Below are positions 20,558-31,450 of a DNA stretch of 32,000 bases, one piece after another (positions within the stretch are counted from its first letter, which is position 1; each line of letters opens with the position of its first letter). The translations under genes and the position numbers were made by a program. Origin of the DNA: Candidatus Saccharimonadota bacterium (GTDB lineage: Bacteria; Pseudomonadota; Gammaproteobacteria; Enterobacterales; Enterobacteriaceae); contig NZ_CP010048.1 of NCBI RefSeq assembly GCF_000973505.1, positions 300,001 to 332,000 of the forward strand, given 5' to 3'. The notes under the pieces are model-generated. The model searched no databases, had not been told where the DNA came from, and saw nothing but the letters and a program-made list of their open reading frames with translations.

Positions 20558-21727
20558 TTATTTTTTTGTTAGTGTTAAGGAAGAACGGATTAATTGTAAT
20601 ACTGCAATTGCTGCTTTTTTGTTGGCATTGCATTTTATTGTTTTATGTAATTTCAAAAAATCATTTTTTAATATTAATTGTGTTTTTGTATTTGTTAGTA
20701 ATGGTATTAATGCTTGCACCAAATTGTCTGGACAGCAATTATTTTGAATAAATTCTTTAACTAATTCACGTTTTGCTAATATATTTGGCAAAGATATCCA
20801 TGGTGTTTTTATAAATTTTTTTATTAATAAAAAAGTTATTGGATGTATTCGATAGGCAACTACCATAGGACATTTCACTAGCATACATTCCAAAGTAGCA
20901 GTACCTGATGCTAACAATGTTGCGTCTGCGGCAGTCATAGCTAATTGCGATTGATTATTTAAAATATGAATATTTTTTATTTTAGAATGTATGTTGACAA
21001 AATATTTGTTAAGTTTTTCATGTGCCATTGGGATAATAATTTCAAGTTCTGGGAAATAATCACGTTGTAATATTTTTACACAATTTATAAAATCATTAAT
21101 TAATCTTTTTACCTCATGATTGCGGCTACCAGGTAATAATGCTAAACAAAGTGAATGATTAGAGATCCCTAATATTCGTCTAGCAGCATATTTATCTGGC
21201 TTTAGTGGAATTGAATCAGCTAATGTATGACCAATAAATTGGCATGGAACATTAAAATGTTCATATATTTTTTTTTCAAATGGTAACAATGTTAAAATAT
21301 TGTTAGTTGCATTAGCAATTTTAAATATTCTGTATTTACGCCATGCCCAAATTGTTGGACTAACATAATGAATAGTATAAATTCCTTTATCTTTTAGTTT
21401 CTTTTCTAATGTGATATTAAAATCAGGAGCGTCAATTCCAATAAAAACATTAGGTTTTAAGAGTAAAAATCGTCGAATTAATTGTTTTCTAATTTTTAAA
21501 ATTTTAGGCAGTTCTGTTATTATCTCCATGATGCCCATTATTGTTAATTCTTCCATATCATACCAAGTTTCTATCCCTGCTATTTTCATATTGGGACCTG
21601 CTACACCAAAAAATTGTACATTTGGTAAATATTGTTGTAAAGACATCATTAGTCCTGCCCCTAAAATATCTCCAGAAATTTCTCCTGCTACTATACCGAT
21701 ATTGATTTGACGATTTGTAACGTTCAT
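20558..21727 (-). CDS. lpxB: lipid-A-disaccharide synthase
   Basis: The 389-aa product contains IGIVAGEISGDILGAGL, IGIDAPDFN, YVSPTIWAWR, LLPGSR and SGTATLE. Its start lies 3 nt after the lpxA stop. Confidence 0.94.
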   Translation of the reverse strand: MNVTNRQINIGIVAGEISGDILGAGLMMSLQQYLPNVQFFGVAGPNMKIAGIETWYDMEELTIMGIMEIITELPKILKIRKQLIRRFLLLKPNVFIGIDAPDFNITLEKKLKDKGIYTIHYVSPTIWAWRKYRIFKIANATNNILTLLPFEKKIYEHFNVPCQFIGHTLADSIPLKPDKYAARRILGISNHSLCLALLPGSRNHEVKRLINDFINCVKILQRDYFPELEIIIPMAHEKLNKYFVNIHSKIKNIHILNNQSQLAMTAADATLLASGTATLECMLVKCPMVVAYRIHPITFLLIKKFIKTPWISLPNILAKRELVKEFIQNNCCPDNLVQALIPLLTNTKTQLILKNDFLKLHKTIKCNANKKAAIAVLQLIRSSLTLTKK

Positions 21728-21730
21728 GAA

Positions 21731-22519
21731 TTATCGAATAATCCCCCGTTTAGAGCAAGCTAAAAAATTTATTAGTGTATTAATTACAGAATGTTTCTCT
21801 GCTAAGTACTTTAGGTCTAATTTTGCTTCTTCTATTGTTTTATTACTTCGATAAAGAATTTTATAAGCATGTCGAATCGCACGCAATTCAGTATGATTAA
21901 ATCCTCGTTGTTTTAATCCTTTAACATTAATTCCAAATGGTGTTGCATGATTACCATGTGCTATTACAAAAGGTGGAACATCTTGGACAACTCCAGAACA
22001 TCCTCCCAACATAACATGTGCTCCGATAATACAAAATTGATGTATAGCAGTCATCCCACCTATAATAGTATAATCTCCAACTATTACATGCCCTCCTAAA
22101 GTGGCATTGTTCGCCATAATACAATGATCGCCAATTATACAATCATGTGCGATATGAGTGTTGATCATTAATATGTTGTTACTACCTATTTTTGTAATTT
22201 TTCCTCCTTGTATTGTTCCTCTATGTATTGTGACACTTTCTCGAATATGATTATTATGTCCTATTTCTATACGAGTGGCTTCTCCTTTATACTTTAAGTC
22301 TTGATTAATTTCACCCAGTGAAGAAAATTGATATATTTGATTATCTTCTCCAATATGAGTAATACCGTTAATTACAACATGTGATTTAAGTAATGTTCGT
22401 GCACCAATTTCAACTTGTGCTCCAATAAAGCAAAATGGCCCAATATAGACATGAGGATGAATAATAGCACCTTTTTCAACAATAGCACTAGGGTGTATAA
22501 AAGCAGATTGGTTAATCAC
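21731..22519 (-). CDS. lpxA: UDP-N-acetylglucosamine O-acyltransferase
   Basis: The 262-aa product, the same length as in E. coli, reads [15 protein letters not shown], has hexapeptide repeats, and contains [25 protein letters not shown] and [17 protein letters not shown]. It uses a GTG start, as in E. coli, and overlaps the fabZ 3' end by 8 nt. Confidence 0.96.
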   Translation of the reverse strand: MINQSAFIHPSAIVEKGAIIHPHVYIGPFCFIGAQVEIGARTLLKSHVVINGITHIGEDNQIYQFSSLGEINQDLKYKGEATRIEIGHNNHIRESVTIHRGTIQGGKITKIGSNNILMINTHIAHDCIIGDHCIMANNATLGGHVIVGDYTIIGGMTAIHQFCIIGAHVMLGGCSGVVQDVPPFVIAHGNHATPFGINVKGLKQRGFNHTELRAIRHAYKILYRSNKTIEEAKLDLKYLAEKHSVINTLINFLACSKRGIIR

Positions 22520-22979
22520 ACATTGTACTCTCTTTTCGGCGTGCGCACATCATTGATGCCTCACAGGCTGTGTCTCCATCAACTGTAACTATACCTTTAA
22601 AACGTGCTACTCCGCATCGTTCTTTAATAAATTCAACTTCGAGAATCATTTGATCCCCAGGATGTACTGGACGTTTAAATCTAGCTTCATCAATAGCAGC
22701 AAAATAATATAGTTCTCCTGGAGATAATTTACCGTTACTTTTAAACGCTAATATACCTGTTGCTTGTGCCATAGCTTCTAATATTAATACGCCAGGGAAG
22801 ATTGGTTTTCCAGGAAAATGTCCTTGGAAAAATGGTTCGTTAAACGAAACGTTTTTTACTGCTCGTAAAAATTTTCCTTTTTGAAAATCTAACACACGAT
22901 CAACTAACAAGAATGGAAATCGGTGGGGTAAAAGTTCTAATACTTCTTCAATATGTAGAACATGGTTATCAGTAGTCAA
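22512..22979 (-). CDS. fabZ: 3-hydroxyacyl-ACP dehydratase
   Basis: [58 protein letters not shown] and MMCARR are present. It uses a TTG start with an SD. It is 4 codons longer than E. coli FabZ at the C-terminus. Confidence 0.96.
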   Translation of the reverse strand: MTTDNHVLHIEEVLELLPHRFPFLLVDRVLDFQKGKFLRAVKNVSFNEPFFQGHFPGKPIFPGVLILEAMAQATGILAFKSNGKLSPGELYYFAAIDEARFKRPVHPGDQMILEVEFIKERCGVARFKGIVTVDGDTACEASMMCARRKESTMCD

Positions 22980-22985
22980 AATATT

Positions 22986-22991
22986 CTTCCT
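22986..22991 (-). promoter_or_regulatory. Shine-Dalgarno site for fabZ
   Basis: AGGAAG on the minus strand lies 6 nt upstream of the TTG start at 22979. Confidence 0.55.
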
Positions 22992-23096
22992 GCTTTATAA
23001 AAATTTTATTAAGTATGGGTTATCTTGTTGATCGTAGGATAAAAGGAGTAAATAGTCCCATAAATAATAAATAGTTTTTTTAAGTATTTACAATCT

Positions 23097-24125
23097 TTAT
23101 GGTATTTTTTTTATAAATTTATTTTCTAGTGTTTTTATTCGTTTGTTTATATTGTTAATATTCATGACTAGTATTGCAGTTTTTCGCCAAACTTTATTTG
23201 TTTGTAAAGGGATTCCTGATGAATATGTTCCAGGTTCAGTAATGGTTCGCATTACCATTCCCATTCCCGTGATTATTACATTGTTGCAAATTTTTATATG
23301 CCCATTGATTACGCTAGCTCCGCCTATCATACAATGTTCTCCAATAATTACACTTCCAGCTATAATTACTCCTCCTGCAATAGCGGTATTTTTCCCAATA
23401 ATAACATTATGTGCAATTTGACATTGATTATCTATAATTACCCCATCGTGTATATAAGTATCATCTAATGCTCCTCGATCAATTGTAGTACAGGCACCAA
23501 TTTCAACGTGGTTTCCAATGCATACTTTTCCTAGTTGAGGGATTTTCATCCATTGACCGTTATTATTGATATATCCAAATCCATCGGATCCAATAATTGT
23601 TCCGGAATGTATTGAACAGTATTGGCCAATATGAGAATTGTGATAGACTGTAACATTGGCTGACAAGTGTGTTCCGGAACCTATTTTTGTATTTTTCCCT
23701 ATAAAGTTACCTGCTCCGATTATTACATCGTTGCCTAGTGTTACTCCTGTTTCTATTACTGCATTCGCTCCAATTCCAATGTTTTTACCTAATGTGACGT
23801 TTGGATGAATTATTGCACTGTTTTCAATTATTCTTGTTGGTTTTGAAGTATGATCTATAAGTTTTGCTATTTTAGTATATGTAAGATATGGATCATTAAC
23901 TACTAATGCGGATGTTTTGCAAAATTTAATATTATCATATGTCATAATAATTGCTGAAGCTTTACAAGAAGACAATGTATGTCTTAGCTTTTTATTTGCT
24001 AGAAAAGTAATATGGCCTGTTTGTGCATTTTGTATAGAAGCGATACCAGTAATAGTAACATTATTATTGCCGTATATTTTCCCATTTACTTGTTTTGCTA
24101 AATCCGTTAATTCTATTGGGAACAT
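23097..24125 (-). CDS. lpxD: UDP-3-O-acylglucosamine N-acyltransferase
   Basis: The 342-aa product has hexapeptide repeats and contains [52 protein letters not shown] and [16 protein letters not shown]. Confidence 0.96.
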   Translation of the reverse strand: MFPIELTDLAKQVNGKIYGNNNVTITGIASIQNAQTGHITFLANKKLRHTLSSCKASAIIMTYDNIKFCKTSALVVNDPYLTYTKIAKLIDHTSKPTRIIENSAIIHPNVTLGKNIGIGANAVIETGVTLGNDVIIGAGNFIGKNTKIGSGTHLSANVTVYHNSHIGQYCSIHSGTIIGSDGFGYINNNGQWMKIPQLGKVCIGNHVEIGACTTIDRGALDDTYIHDGVIIDNQCQIAHNVIIGKNTAIAGGVIIAGSVIIGEHCMIGGASVINGHIKICNNVIITGMGMVMRTITEPGTYSSGIPLQTNKVWRKTAILVMNINNINKRIKTLENKFIKKIP

Positions 24126-24130
24126 AATAC

Positions 24131-24619
24131 TTATTTAACCTGTTTTAATATATCGTCAGTAATATCTTGAATGTTATTTGCATATGCTATAGCGCTACTA
24201 TCAATAACAAGTTCATAACCTTCTCGTTTTGCAACATTTGTAACTATTTTCTGTATCATGTTTAAAATTTTATCTCTTTCTTCTGTTTGTCTAAGTTGAT
24301 TGTCTTGCTGAAATGATTTGGCTTTGTTAGAGAATTCTTCTCGTTGATCCATTATTGATTTTTCTAAATTATTACGTTCAGACACTCGCATTGTAGAACT
24401 ATCTCTTTGCAAATTATGTATTTTTTGTTGCAAATTTTGTTCTATTGATTGTAGCTCTATGGCACGATCTTTAAATTCTTCTTCAAGTTGTTTTGCTATT
24501 ATAGCACGTTGTGCAGATTGCTGAAAAATATCAGATATATTAACTATTGCAATTTTATTCATTGCAAAAGCGCAATGTGAAGTTAAACTAAAGATGATTA
24601 TATGTATCCATGTTTTCAC
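24131..24619 (-). CDS. skp: periplasmic chaperone Skp (OmpH)
   Basis: The 162-aa product has a signal peptide [19 protein letters not shown], then NKIAIVN...FQQ, a coiled-coil body, and the C-terminus [11 protein letters not shown] as in E. coli Skp. It uses a GTG start with a strong SD. Its stop lies 5 nt before the lpxD start. Confidence 0.9.
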   Translation of the reverse strand: MKTWIHIIIFSLTSHCAFAMNKIAIVNISDIFQQSAQRAIIAKQLEEEFKDRAIELQSIEQNLQQKIHNLQRDSSTMRVSERNNLEKSIMDQREEFSNKAKSFQQDNQLRQTEERDKILNMIQKIVTNVAKREGYELVIDSSAIAYANNIQDITDDILKQVK

Positions 24620-24624
24620 TGTAG

Positions 24625-24629
24625 TCCTC
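24625..24629 (-). promoter_or_regulatory. Shine-Dalgarno site for skp
   Basis: GAGGA (within AAGAGGA) on the minus strand lies 5 nt upstream of GTG 24619. Confidence 0.6.
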
Positions 24630-24731
24630 TTAAGTTATTAATTTATACTATTTTAGAGAATAATGATGTTTTATTGATTACATTTTAAAATTTAAGTTGA
24701 TGAGTAATTTAGTTGTTGTATTGTATAATAA

Positions 24732-27194
24732 CTACCATGTCTTTCCAATGTTAAATTGAAATTGTTCGGTTTTATCTCCAGTATATTTTTTTATTAATTT
24801 TGAATAAGAGAATATAATTGGTCCAACCGGTGACATCCATTGGATTGCTAATCCATCAGAGATACGAATATTGGTTGCTTTTTTATAATTTGGAATGGCA
24901 GCTGCATAAGTAGATAACGTATTTTTCCAATAGGTGTCCCACACAGTACCCATGTCAATGAATACTGATGTTCGTATTGTATTGATGTACTTTTTACTTA
25001 AAAATGGAGGAGGAATAATTAATTCTCCTTTTAAAATAGTTATTGCATTGCCACCTATAGCATCTTGGGAGTTTTTTATTATACATGAGTCATATGTTGT
25101 ATTATCGGTGGTACATATATAGTATGCTGCCTTTGGTCCGATAGTGTTATTTCGAAAACCTCGTACTATATTATTACCTCCTGAATAAAAATTATCATAA
25201 AAAGGATTTTTGTGTCCATATAATCCTGCACTATATCCGGCATGTATATGACCCATTAGTATCCAATAGTTGGATTTTTTGTATAGTGGAATGTAGTGGG
25301 TACTATTAAGACTTAATTTATAATATTTATTGCTAGAACCAGGAATTGTTATTTTTCCTGAAATATCAGAATATACACCTTGTGTAGGAAAATAAGAGTG
25401 ATTTAGAGTATTATGTTTCCAGTCGATTCTAAAAAACAAATCATTACTAGTAAAGTTGATATTATGAAAAGTTTCATTTTTATTTTTTATTTTATTATTG
25501 ATAAATGTTTTTGGATAAATTCCTTGAGAATTTAAATATCTCCATATTATTATTTGAGGTTTTATATTATTTAAATGATTATACATATAATCTAAACCAA
25601 AATTTGTTGTATTGTATTCATTAACAGGAAATCCTATACTAAAATTCATACCATAACTTTTTAGTCCGTAATTTGCCAAGTCAGCGTTGTTTGCAGTGAA
25701 GTTATTGTAGAATATTTTTCCTTCTATACCGAGATTGTTGATGGTAAGATATGGATAAGTTATTGATAATTCAGTATAGGTTTGATAATGATTTTTAGTT
25801 GCGTTTAAAATAAATGCATTTCCTGTTCCAAATAGATTTTCTTGCTGAATTCCACATTGGAAATTTATTCCACTTTCAGTTCCTATTCCAACATTAATAT
25901 TCATATTTCCACTATTATGTTCTTTTACTTCGTAAATTATGTTTGCCATATCAGGGATTTTTGGAATATATTCAGTATGAATTTTCACATATTCGAATAA
26001 TCCTGTTCTATTTAAACGTTTTTGACTGTGATTAAGAAAGTTACTATTTATCCAAGTGTTTTCCATTTGATATATTTCTCTTCGTAGCACTGGATCTTGA
26101 GTAAAAGTATTCCCTTTAAATATTATTTTATTAACATAAAAACGTTTTCCAATATCAATATTAAGATATAATTTCACTGTTTTAATAGTGTCATTTATTT
26201 CAAGTTCTGTTATTATATTTGGGTTAATATAGCCATGAGTTCCCAGAAATTTTTTTATATCGTATATTGTATTTTGTATTTTTTGATTATTATATAGTTC
26301 ATTTGGATGGATTTTTAGTAATGTATGAATTTTATGAGAAAAATTGGATATGTTACCACTGACTGATATTTTAGATATTTTATATTGTAATCCTTCTGTA
26401 ATATATATGGAAATATATACATTTTCTTTGTTTGGTGTTAATCGAATGTGAGTAGAATCGATGTTGAATTTAGCAAAACCTCTGTTTAAATAAAAATTCT
26501 GAAGTGACTTTAAATCGTGTAATAAATATTTTTTTTTATATTGTTTTTTGAACGGTATATGTAATCCATAAATGTTGTTATGTAATTGAAATAATTTCAG
26601 TAATGTATTAAAATTGGTTTGATGATTTCCTATAATATTTATTTTTTGAACTTTAGCTGTTTTTCCTTCGTCAAATAATATTTTTAAATTTATTTGATTA
26701 TTTGGTAAATGTATGATTGTTGGTTGTATTTTAGCATTATATTTTCCAATATCGTAATAAAAGTTTTTTAATATTTCTTCCATTTTGGAAATACTTTGTG
26801 GATTAAAGAATTTTCCCACTTCTATACCATGAAGTTTCAAATTTTTGTCTAATATGTTTTTTTTGATTGTTTGATTACCTAAAAATGAAATATTGGCAAT
26901 TAATGGATATTCTTTAACTCGTATAATAATTGTGTTGTTATTTTTGAGTATTTTGATATTTTCAAAATATCCTGTAGAAAATAGTATTTTTATTGTGTTG
27001 GCGATGTCATGGTCATTAATTATGTCCTTTGTGCGAAAGGGTACATGAGATAAAATTAATTTAGTAGGAACACGTTGTAAACCTTCACATTGAATGTTTT
27101 TTATTATAAATTGATTATCGGCATATGATAAAGTATGGTTTAATATAAGTAGTATATTAAATGATATGAATATTATTAAAAATATTTTTTTCAT
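24732..27194 (-). CDS. bamA: outer membrane protein assembly factor BamA
   Basis: The signal peptide MKKIFLIIFISFNILL...SYA is followed by POTRA-region FIIKNIQCEGLQRV, then RGFAKFNIDST, ITEGLQYK, VLRREIYQMEN and the barrel end ENFYSGG, VRGF, WMSPVGPIIFSY and EQFQFNIGKTW. ATG 27194 matches the E. coli N-terminus. The ORF-track TTG at 27233 adds 13 codons. Confidence 0.96.
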   Translation of the reverse strand: MKKIFLIIFISFNILLILNHTLSYADNQFIIKNIQCEGLQRVPTKLILSHVPFRTKDIINDHDIANTIKILFSTGYFENIKILKNNNTIIIRVKEYPLIANISFLGNQTIKKNILDKNLKLHGIEVGKFFNPQSISKMEEILKNFYYDIGKYNAKIQPTIIHLPNNQINLKILFDEGKTAKVQKINIIGNHQTNFNTLLKLFQLHNNIYGLHIPFKKQYKKKYLLHDLKSLQNFYLNRGFAKFNIDSTHIRLTPNKENVYISIYITEGLQYKISKISVSGNISNFSHKIHTLLKIHPNELYNNQKIQNTIYDIKKFLGTHGYINPNIITELEINDTIKTVKLYLNIDIGKRFYVNKIIFKGNTFTQDPVLRREIYQMENTWINSNFLNHSQKRLNRTGLFEYVKIHTEYIPKIPDMANIIYEVKEHNSGNMNINVGIGTESGINFQCGIQQENLFGTGNAFILNATKNHYQTYTELSITYPYLTINNLGIEGKIFYNNFTANNADLANYGLKSYGMNFSIGFPVNEYNTTNFGLDYMYNHLNNIKPQIIIWRYLNSQGIYPKTFINNKIKNKNETFHNINFTSNDLFFRIDWKHNTLNHSYFPTQGVYSDISGKITIPGSSNKYYKLSLNSTHYIPLYKKSNYWILMGHIHAGYSAGLYGHKNPFYDNFYSGGNNIVRGFRNNTIGPKAAYYICTTDNTTYDSCIIKNSQDAIGGNAITILKGELIIPPPFLSKKYINTIRTSVFIDMGTVWDTYWKNTLSTYAAAIPNYKKATNIRISDGLAIQWMSPVGPIIFSYSKLIKKYTGDKTEQFQFNIGKTW

Positions 27195-27300
27195 TATTTT
27201 TATTTTGTTTTTTGATAGCGTATTCGATAACAAATTTAAATGTTATTGATATATCTATAAATGTATTTTTAACGTAATATTGTGTCATATATTAAAATTA

Positions 27301-28689
27301 TTAAAATTTAGATAAATCATTGAATATTGCTAAACACATTAGGAGTATTAATAAAAGTATTCCAATTGGATAAGTATATTTTTCTATTTGTTTGGATACT
27401 TTTTTTCCAATAATTTTTTCAATTATTAATAATAATAAATAACCGCCATCTAAGATGGGTAATGGTAATAAGTTGGTGATTCCTAAATTAATGCTAATTA
27501 ATGATAAAAATATCAGATAGGAAATCATTCCATATTTTGTTGCTTCTTTAGCGCCTTGTGCTATAGCTATAGGACCCCCCAAAGCATTGAATTCAATATC
27601 TCCAATAATTAATTTATATAACACATTATATGTAAGAGATATTATCTTCCAAACTTTTTCTATTGATTTTTTAATAGAGATTATCGGATTGAATTTTTGT
27701 GTAACAGTGTATTCTTTTGAAGTAGGAACATATGTTGGAAATACACCAATATATCCTTCAATAACATTGTTTTTTATAATTTTATCTGGTTTTATTTGTA
27801 ATTTAAATGTTTTATTTTTTCGAATTATAGTTGTATACAAAATTGTATCTGGATTGTGTTTAACATGTTCTATAAATTCTTCCCATGTTTTTATTGTTTG
27901 CTCATTAATAGAAATTATTTCATCTCCCACTCTTAATCCAGCTTTCATACCTGCAGAGCTTTTTTCTATTTTTGATACAATTGGTTGTGTGATAACAGTG
28001 GGCATCGGAATTATTCCTACTGCAGTAATAATATCTTTTGTATTTATTGTATAATCACAGTTTGTCAGATCAATAAAATATTTTTTATTATCAGTAGAAT
28101 GTATAGGAGCAACATCAAGAGTAATATTTTTTTCTTTTTGTTGTGTAATGGTATTAAATAACATCCATCGCACAGATTCCCAATCAGGGGTGTTTATGTT
28201 ATTTATAGATTTAATTTCTGAATTACAGGGTATTTTATATTGAGAAAAAATTGAGTTTGGGATAATATCAGCGATGATTGGTCGATAAGTGGAAATTCCT
28301 ATTACAAATATTAACCAATAAATTATAAAGGCAAAAATAATATTAAATATTGGTCCTGCCGCTATGATTATCATTTTTCGCCAAATAGTTTGTTCTTCAA
28401 ATGTTGTTGCGGGTTGTGTGAGTGTACAATTTTCAGTTGTTAGTGTCTCATTTTTATGTAACATTTTTACATATCCCCCAAGGGGAATAGCTGAAATTAC
28501 ATATTCTGTATTGTGTTTATCTTGATATTTCCAAAATATATATCCAAAACCGATTGAAAAACGTTGTACGGTAACTCCGAAAGCACGCGCTGCTATGAAA
28601 TGTCCTAGTTCGTGAATTGTAATTAATATTCCCACTGTAACAACAAATGCACAAATATTCCAAAAAATGTATAACACCATATTTTCCAT
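27301..28689 (-). CDS. rseP: regulated intramembrane zinc metalloprotease RseP
   Basis: It contains the HELGHF (HExxH) motif, IPLGGYVKM, a PDZ region with AGLRVGDEIISIN, GPIAIAQGA and NLLPLPILDGG (the LDG motif). The product is 462 aa. Confidence 0.94.
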   Translation of the reverse strand: MENMVLYIFWNICAFVVTVGILITIHELGHFIAARAFGVTVQRFSIGFGYIFWKYQDKHNTEYVISAIPLGGYVKMLHKNETLTTENCTLTQPATTFEEQTIWRKMIIIAAGPIFNIIFAFIIYWLIFVIGISTYRPIIADIIPNSIFSQYKIPCNSEIKSINNINTPDWESVRWMLFNTITQQKEKNITLDVAPIHSTDNKKYFIDLTNCDYTINTKDIITAVGIIPMPTVITQPIVSKIEKSSAGMKAGLRVGDEIISINEQTIKTWEEFIEHVKHNPDTILYTTIIRKNKTFKLQIKPDKIIKNNVIEGYIGVFPTYVPTSKEYTVTQKFNPIISIKKSIEKVWKIISLTYNVLYKLIIGDIEFNALGGPIAIAQGAKEATKYGMISYLIFLSLISINLGITNLLPLPILDGGYLLLLIIEKIIGKKVSKQIEKYTYPIGILLLILLMCLAIFNDLSKF

Positions 28690-28730
28690 TTTACCTTTTA
28701 AAGTTTAAATAATTAAATAATAATAACAAA

Positions 28731-29573
28731 TTAAGTAGTTAATAATAATAGACAGGCGCATATAGGTATTGTTGAGTATAAACTATCTATAGTGTCTAAT
28801 ATACCTCCATGGCCAGGAATTAATTGACTACTATCTTTAACACCTGATTCACGTTTGAACATACTTTCAGTTAGATCTCCTAGTATAGAAGATAATATTA
28901 TAATAACAGAGTATAAATATAATTTTGAGGGTTCTATATTTATTGGAATATATTTTGAAAATATGAAGCAATTCACAATCATAATGAATATTGCGCCAAT
29001 ATATCCTTCCCATGTTTTGTTGGGTGATATTTTTGGTATTGGGGAATGACGACCTAATTTATATCCGATAATATATGAAAAAGAGTCCATTCCCCAAACG
29101 ATACCTATAATATATAGTAATAACCATCCACCGGTATAATAATTTTCACTATAACAATATTGTCTTAAAATTAATACCCCCCAAAAAAATGGGAGAATAA
29201 TTAACATTCCAAATATTTTACATAATAAAGCAGATTTATTCCATAAATTGGCTGAATTTGGATAATATGCTATCAATAAAATTGCAATCAACCACCACGT
29301 TAAGATCGCATAAATAATATATATGCTGTTGATAAAATGAAATTTGTTGGGGTGAATACATATTTTTAATAAAACGCATAATAATATAAATATTAATAAT
29401 AGCCAATTTTTTTGATCGTTAGGAGAATGATGTAGTAATTTCCCCCATTCCCAAGCACTTATCATGCAAATAAATAACGTTACTATTGCAAGTTGTAACG
29501 TGGAGAATAAAAATAATATTGTAATAATACACGGCACTAACACAATAGTGCTTATTAAACGATGTTTGAACAA
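28731..29573 (-). CDS. cdsA: phosphatidate cytidylyltransferase (CDP-diglyceride synthase)
   Basis: MFKHRLIS aligns with E. coli MLKYRLIS. The motifs AWEWG, SPNKTWEGYIG and the signature GDLTESMFKRESGVKDSSQLIPGHGGILDTIDS are present. It uses a TTG start backed by a perfect SD. Confidence 0.93.
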   Translation of the reverse strand: MFKHRLISTIVLVPCIITILFLFSTLQLAIVTLFICMISAWEWGKLLHHSPNDQKNWLLLIFILLCVLLKICIHPNKFHFINSIYIIYAILTWWLIAILLIAYYPNSANLWNKSALLCKIFGMLIILPFFWGVLILRQYCYSENYYTGGWLLLYIIGIVWGMDSFSYIIGYKLGRHSPIPKISPNKTWEGYIGAIFIMIVNCFIFSKYIPINIEPSKLYLYSVIIILSSILGDLTESMFKRESGVKDSSQLIPGHGGILDTIDSLYSTIPICACLLLLTT

Positions 29574-29579
29574 ATTAGT

Positions 29580-29584
29580 CTCCT
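29580..29584 (-). promoter_or_regulatory. Shine-Dalgarno site for cdsA
   Basis: AGGAG on the minus strand lies 6 nt upstream of TTG 29573. Confidence 0.6.
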
Positions 29585-29611
29585 AAAATAGATCATTATT
29601 GTGATATCATA

Positions 29612-30355
29612 TCATATGATTTTACCAAATCGCCGTTTTCGTTGCGCAAATGAATTTAAGGCACGTTGAAATACTGCATCATTAAAATCAGGCCATAATA
29701 TATCAGTAAAAAATAGCTCAGCATAGGCTATTTGCCACAATAAAAAATTACTAATACGGTGTTCACCTCCAGTTCGAATAACTAAATCTACTGGAGCCAA
29801 TTCATGCATACAGATATATTGGTATATTATATCTTCATTAATATCGAGAGGATTTAAAATTCCTTTTTGAACTTGTATGGCAATTTTTTTTACACTTTGA
29901 ACAATATCCCATCGTCCTCCATAATTTACTGCAATATTTAATGTTAATCTATTATTTTTTGATGTTAATTTTTCAGAATTCCGTATATTGCTTTGCAATT
30001 GTGCACTAAAAGGATTAATATCACCTATGATACGTAGTTTAATATTATATTTATGTAAGTTTTTTATTTCAGTGTTTAGTACGTAAATGAATAATTTTAT
30101 GAGTCCGGAGACTTCATATTTTGGTCTGTTCCAATTTTCACTACTGAAAGCATATAAAGTTAATGCATCTAAATTATGATCTAGAGCAAATGTTATAGCT
30201 TTTCGAACAGCTTTCACCCCCGCTTTATGTCCCAAAATTCTTAATTTTCCTTGTGTTTCAGCCCATCGTCCATTTCCGTCCATGATAATAGCTACATGAC
30301 GTGGTAAATTTGATTGCTCTGTTTTATATTTTTCATTAGTTTGGTACGATATCAC
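29612..30355 (-). CDS. uppS: undecaprenyl diphosphate synthase
   Basis: PRHVAIIMDGNGRWA, LTLYAFSSENWNRP, NYGGRWDIV, DLVIRTGGEHRISNFLLWQIAYAELFFTDILWPDF and RKRRFG are present. It uses a GTG start, there is no in-frame ATG before the conserved core, and AAGGA lies upstream. Confidence 0.95.
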   Translation of the reverse strand: MISYQTNEKYKTEQSNLPRHVAIIMDGNGRWAETQGKLRILGHKAGVKAVRKAITFALDHNLDALTLYAFSSENWNRPKYEVSGLIKLFIYVLNTEIKNLHKYNIKLRIIGDINPFSAQLQSNIRNSEKLTSKNNRLTLNIAVNYGGRWDIVQSVKKIAIQVQKGILNPLDINEDIIYQYICMHELAPVDLVIRTGGEHRISNFLLWQIAYAELFFTDILWPDFNDAVFQRALNSFAQRKRRFGKII

Positions 30356-30796
30356 GTTTATGTATATCCTTAATTAAATAATGTTGAATTTAAAATAAAG
30401 AGGTACAAATAACGCGTAAAAACTTTGTAGAATAAGAGTAAAATTAAATTAGTAAGATAAAAATTAAAGTTAAATCTTTTGAAATATGTTTTTTTTAATT
30501 TTGTTGTTAATAACTGTAATTGTTTTAATGCCAACATTTTGATCTATAGAAAAAAATTTTCTATAATGTTCTAATTGTTTTTAGTTTTATTGATCGGCTA
30601 AATGTTTTGTTATAATTTTTTAAAAAATTAATATAAAACAAACTTTTTTGCAAAGAAATATTTGTAAGTGTTTTATTAGTTATAATGAATATTTTCATTG
30701 TTAACTGGATAGGTATTGTAACCCCCAATTAGTATATATATAGTAAAAGTTTGCATATTTACAAGTAATAATCTATGTTACGATATTTTGATTTAA

Positions 30797-31450
30797 TCAT
30801 ATTATGTCATAGTTTTGTGATTTATTTTGTACGTAAAAATATTTCATTTTTCGTACAGAAAATAAATTCATCAGCAATTGATTTTGAATATACTCAAATT
30901 TTTTATTGATGATCAAGATAGTCGAATTTGTTGAATTTTTTTTCTTTATTGTCCAATTTTGGTATTGATGTATTATTTTATGTATAATATGAGTATGAGA
31001 TAGCTGAAATTTTAAAATAATTTTTCGATTTTCTTTTAAATTTTTTGATATTATTTTAAATATTAAACATTTATCTAATAAACTAGATCGTGTGTTCTGT
31101 TGGAATCGTATTGTAAATATATTTGAAAAATTAACATTATATTTGTTATTGATAGATAATGGATCTGTATTATTATTAGGAATATTTTTATTGATTTTTT
31201 TTTGGTTATTTATTGATGATTGTTTACTTTTCAGAAATATTAATTTTTTATTATATAATACGAAAGTGGTAAAAAATATTTTAAAAATATCAAGGGTGTA
31301 AATTATGATTTTTTCAACATTATTCACTGTTGTTAATTTATAGCTATCTTGAATATTTACGAATACTGTTTTAATAGTACCATTGTTAAGTAGATATAAT
31401 TGTTTTTTCATTTTCTTTCTTGCTTGATTATGAATCATAAAAAATCGCAT
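30797..31450 (-). CDS. hypothetical K/N/I-rich basic protein in the position of dxr (orphan ORF or degenerate dxr derivative)
   Basis: This is a 217-codon stop-free frame in sequence where roughly 1 codon in 10 should be a stop. No Dxr catalytic motifs are present, only weak position-consistent echoes (MKKQLYLLNNGTIKT, LSHTHII, STILIINKKF). There is no convincing SD, and the start could be Met1 (31450) or Met14 (31411). Confidence 0.4.
   Translation of the reverse strand: MRFFMIHNQARKKMKKQLYLLNNGTIKTVFVNIQDSYKLTTVNNVEKIIIYTLDIFKIFFTTFVLYNKKLIFLKSKQSSINNQKKINKNIPNNNTDPLSINNKYNVNFSNIFTIRFQQNTRSSLLDKCLIFKIISKNLKENRKIILKFQLSHTHIIHKIIHQYQNWTIKKKNSTNSTILIINKKFEYIQNQLLMNLFSVRKMKYFYVQNKSQNYDII

Noticed and set aside
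20442-20633. A 63-codon minus-strand ORF spanning the lpxB 3' end and the lpxB-dnaE spacer, considered as a possible rnhB remnant.
   Set aside because: It is out of frame with lpxB and overlaps it. The product is an N/I/K-rich string with no similarity to RNase HII motifs, and there is no SD. It is compatible with a chance ORF.
22512-29573. Non-ATG starts (lpxA GTG, fabZ TTG, skp GTG, cdsA TTG, uppS GTG) and the 8-nt fabZ/lpxA overlap, considered as unusual translational features.
   Set aside because: As far as I recall, the GTG start of lpxA and the TTG start of fabZ are also used in E. coli. The others have good SD support or no alternative in-frame ATG. Short overlaps and 3-5 nt gaps are ordinary translational coupling in this operon.
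30722-30733. TNWG, encoded downstream of the orphan ORF in the same frame, considered as a remnant of the Dxr HPNWSMG motif.
   Set aside because: It lies about 35 codons too far downstream relative to the other putative Dxr echoes, is separated from the ORF by two stops, and is only a 2-3 residue match.
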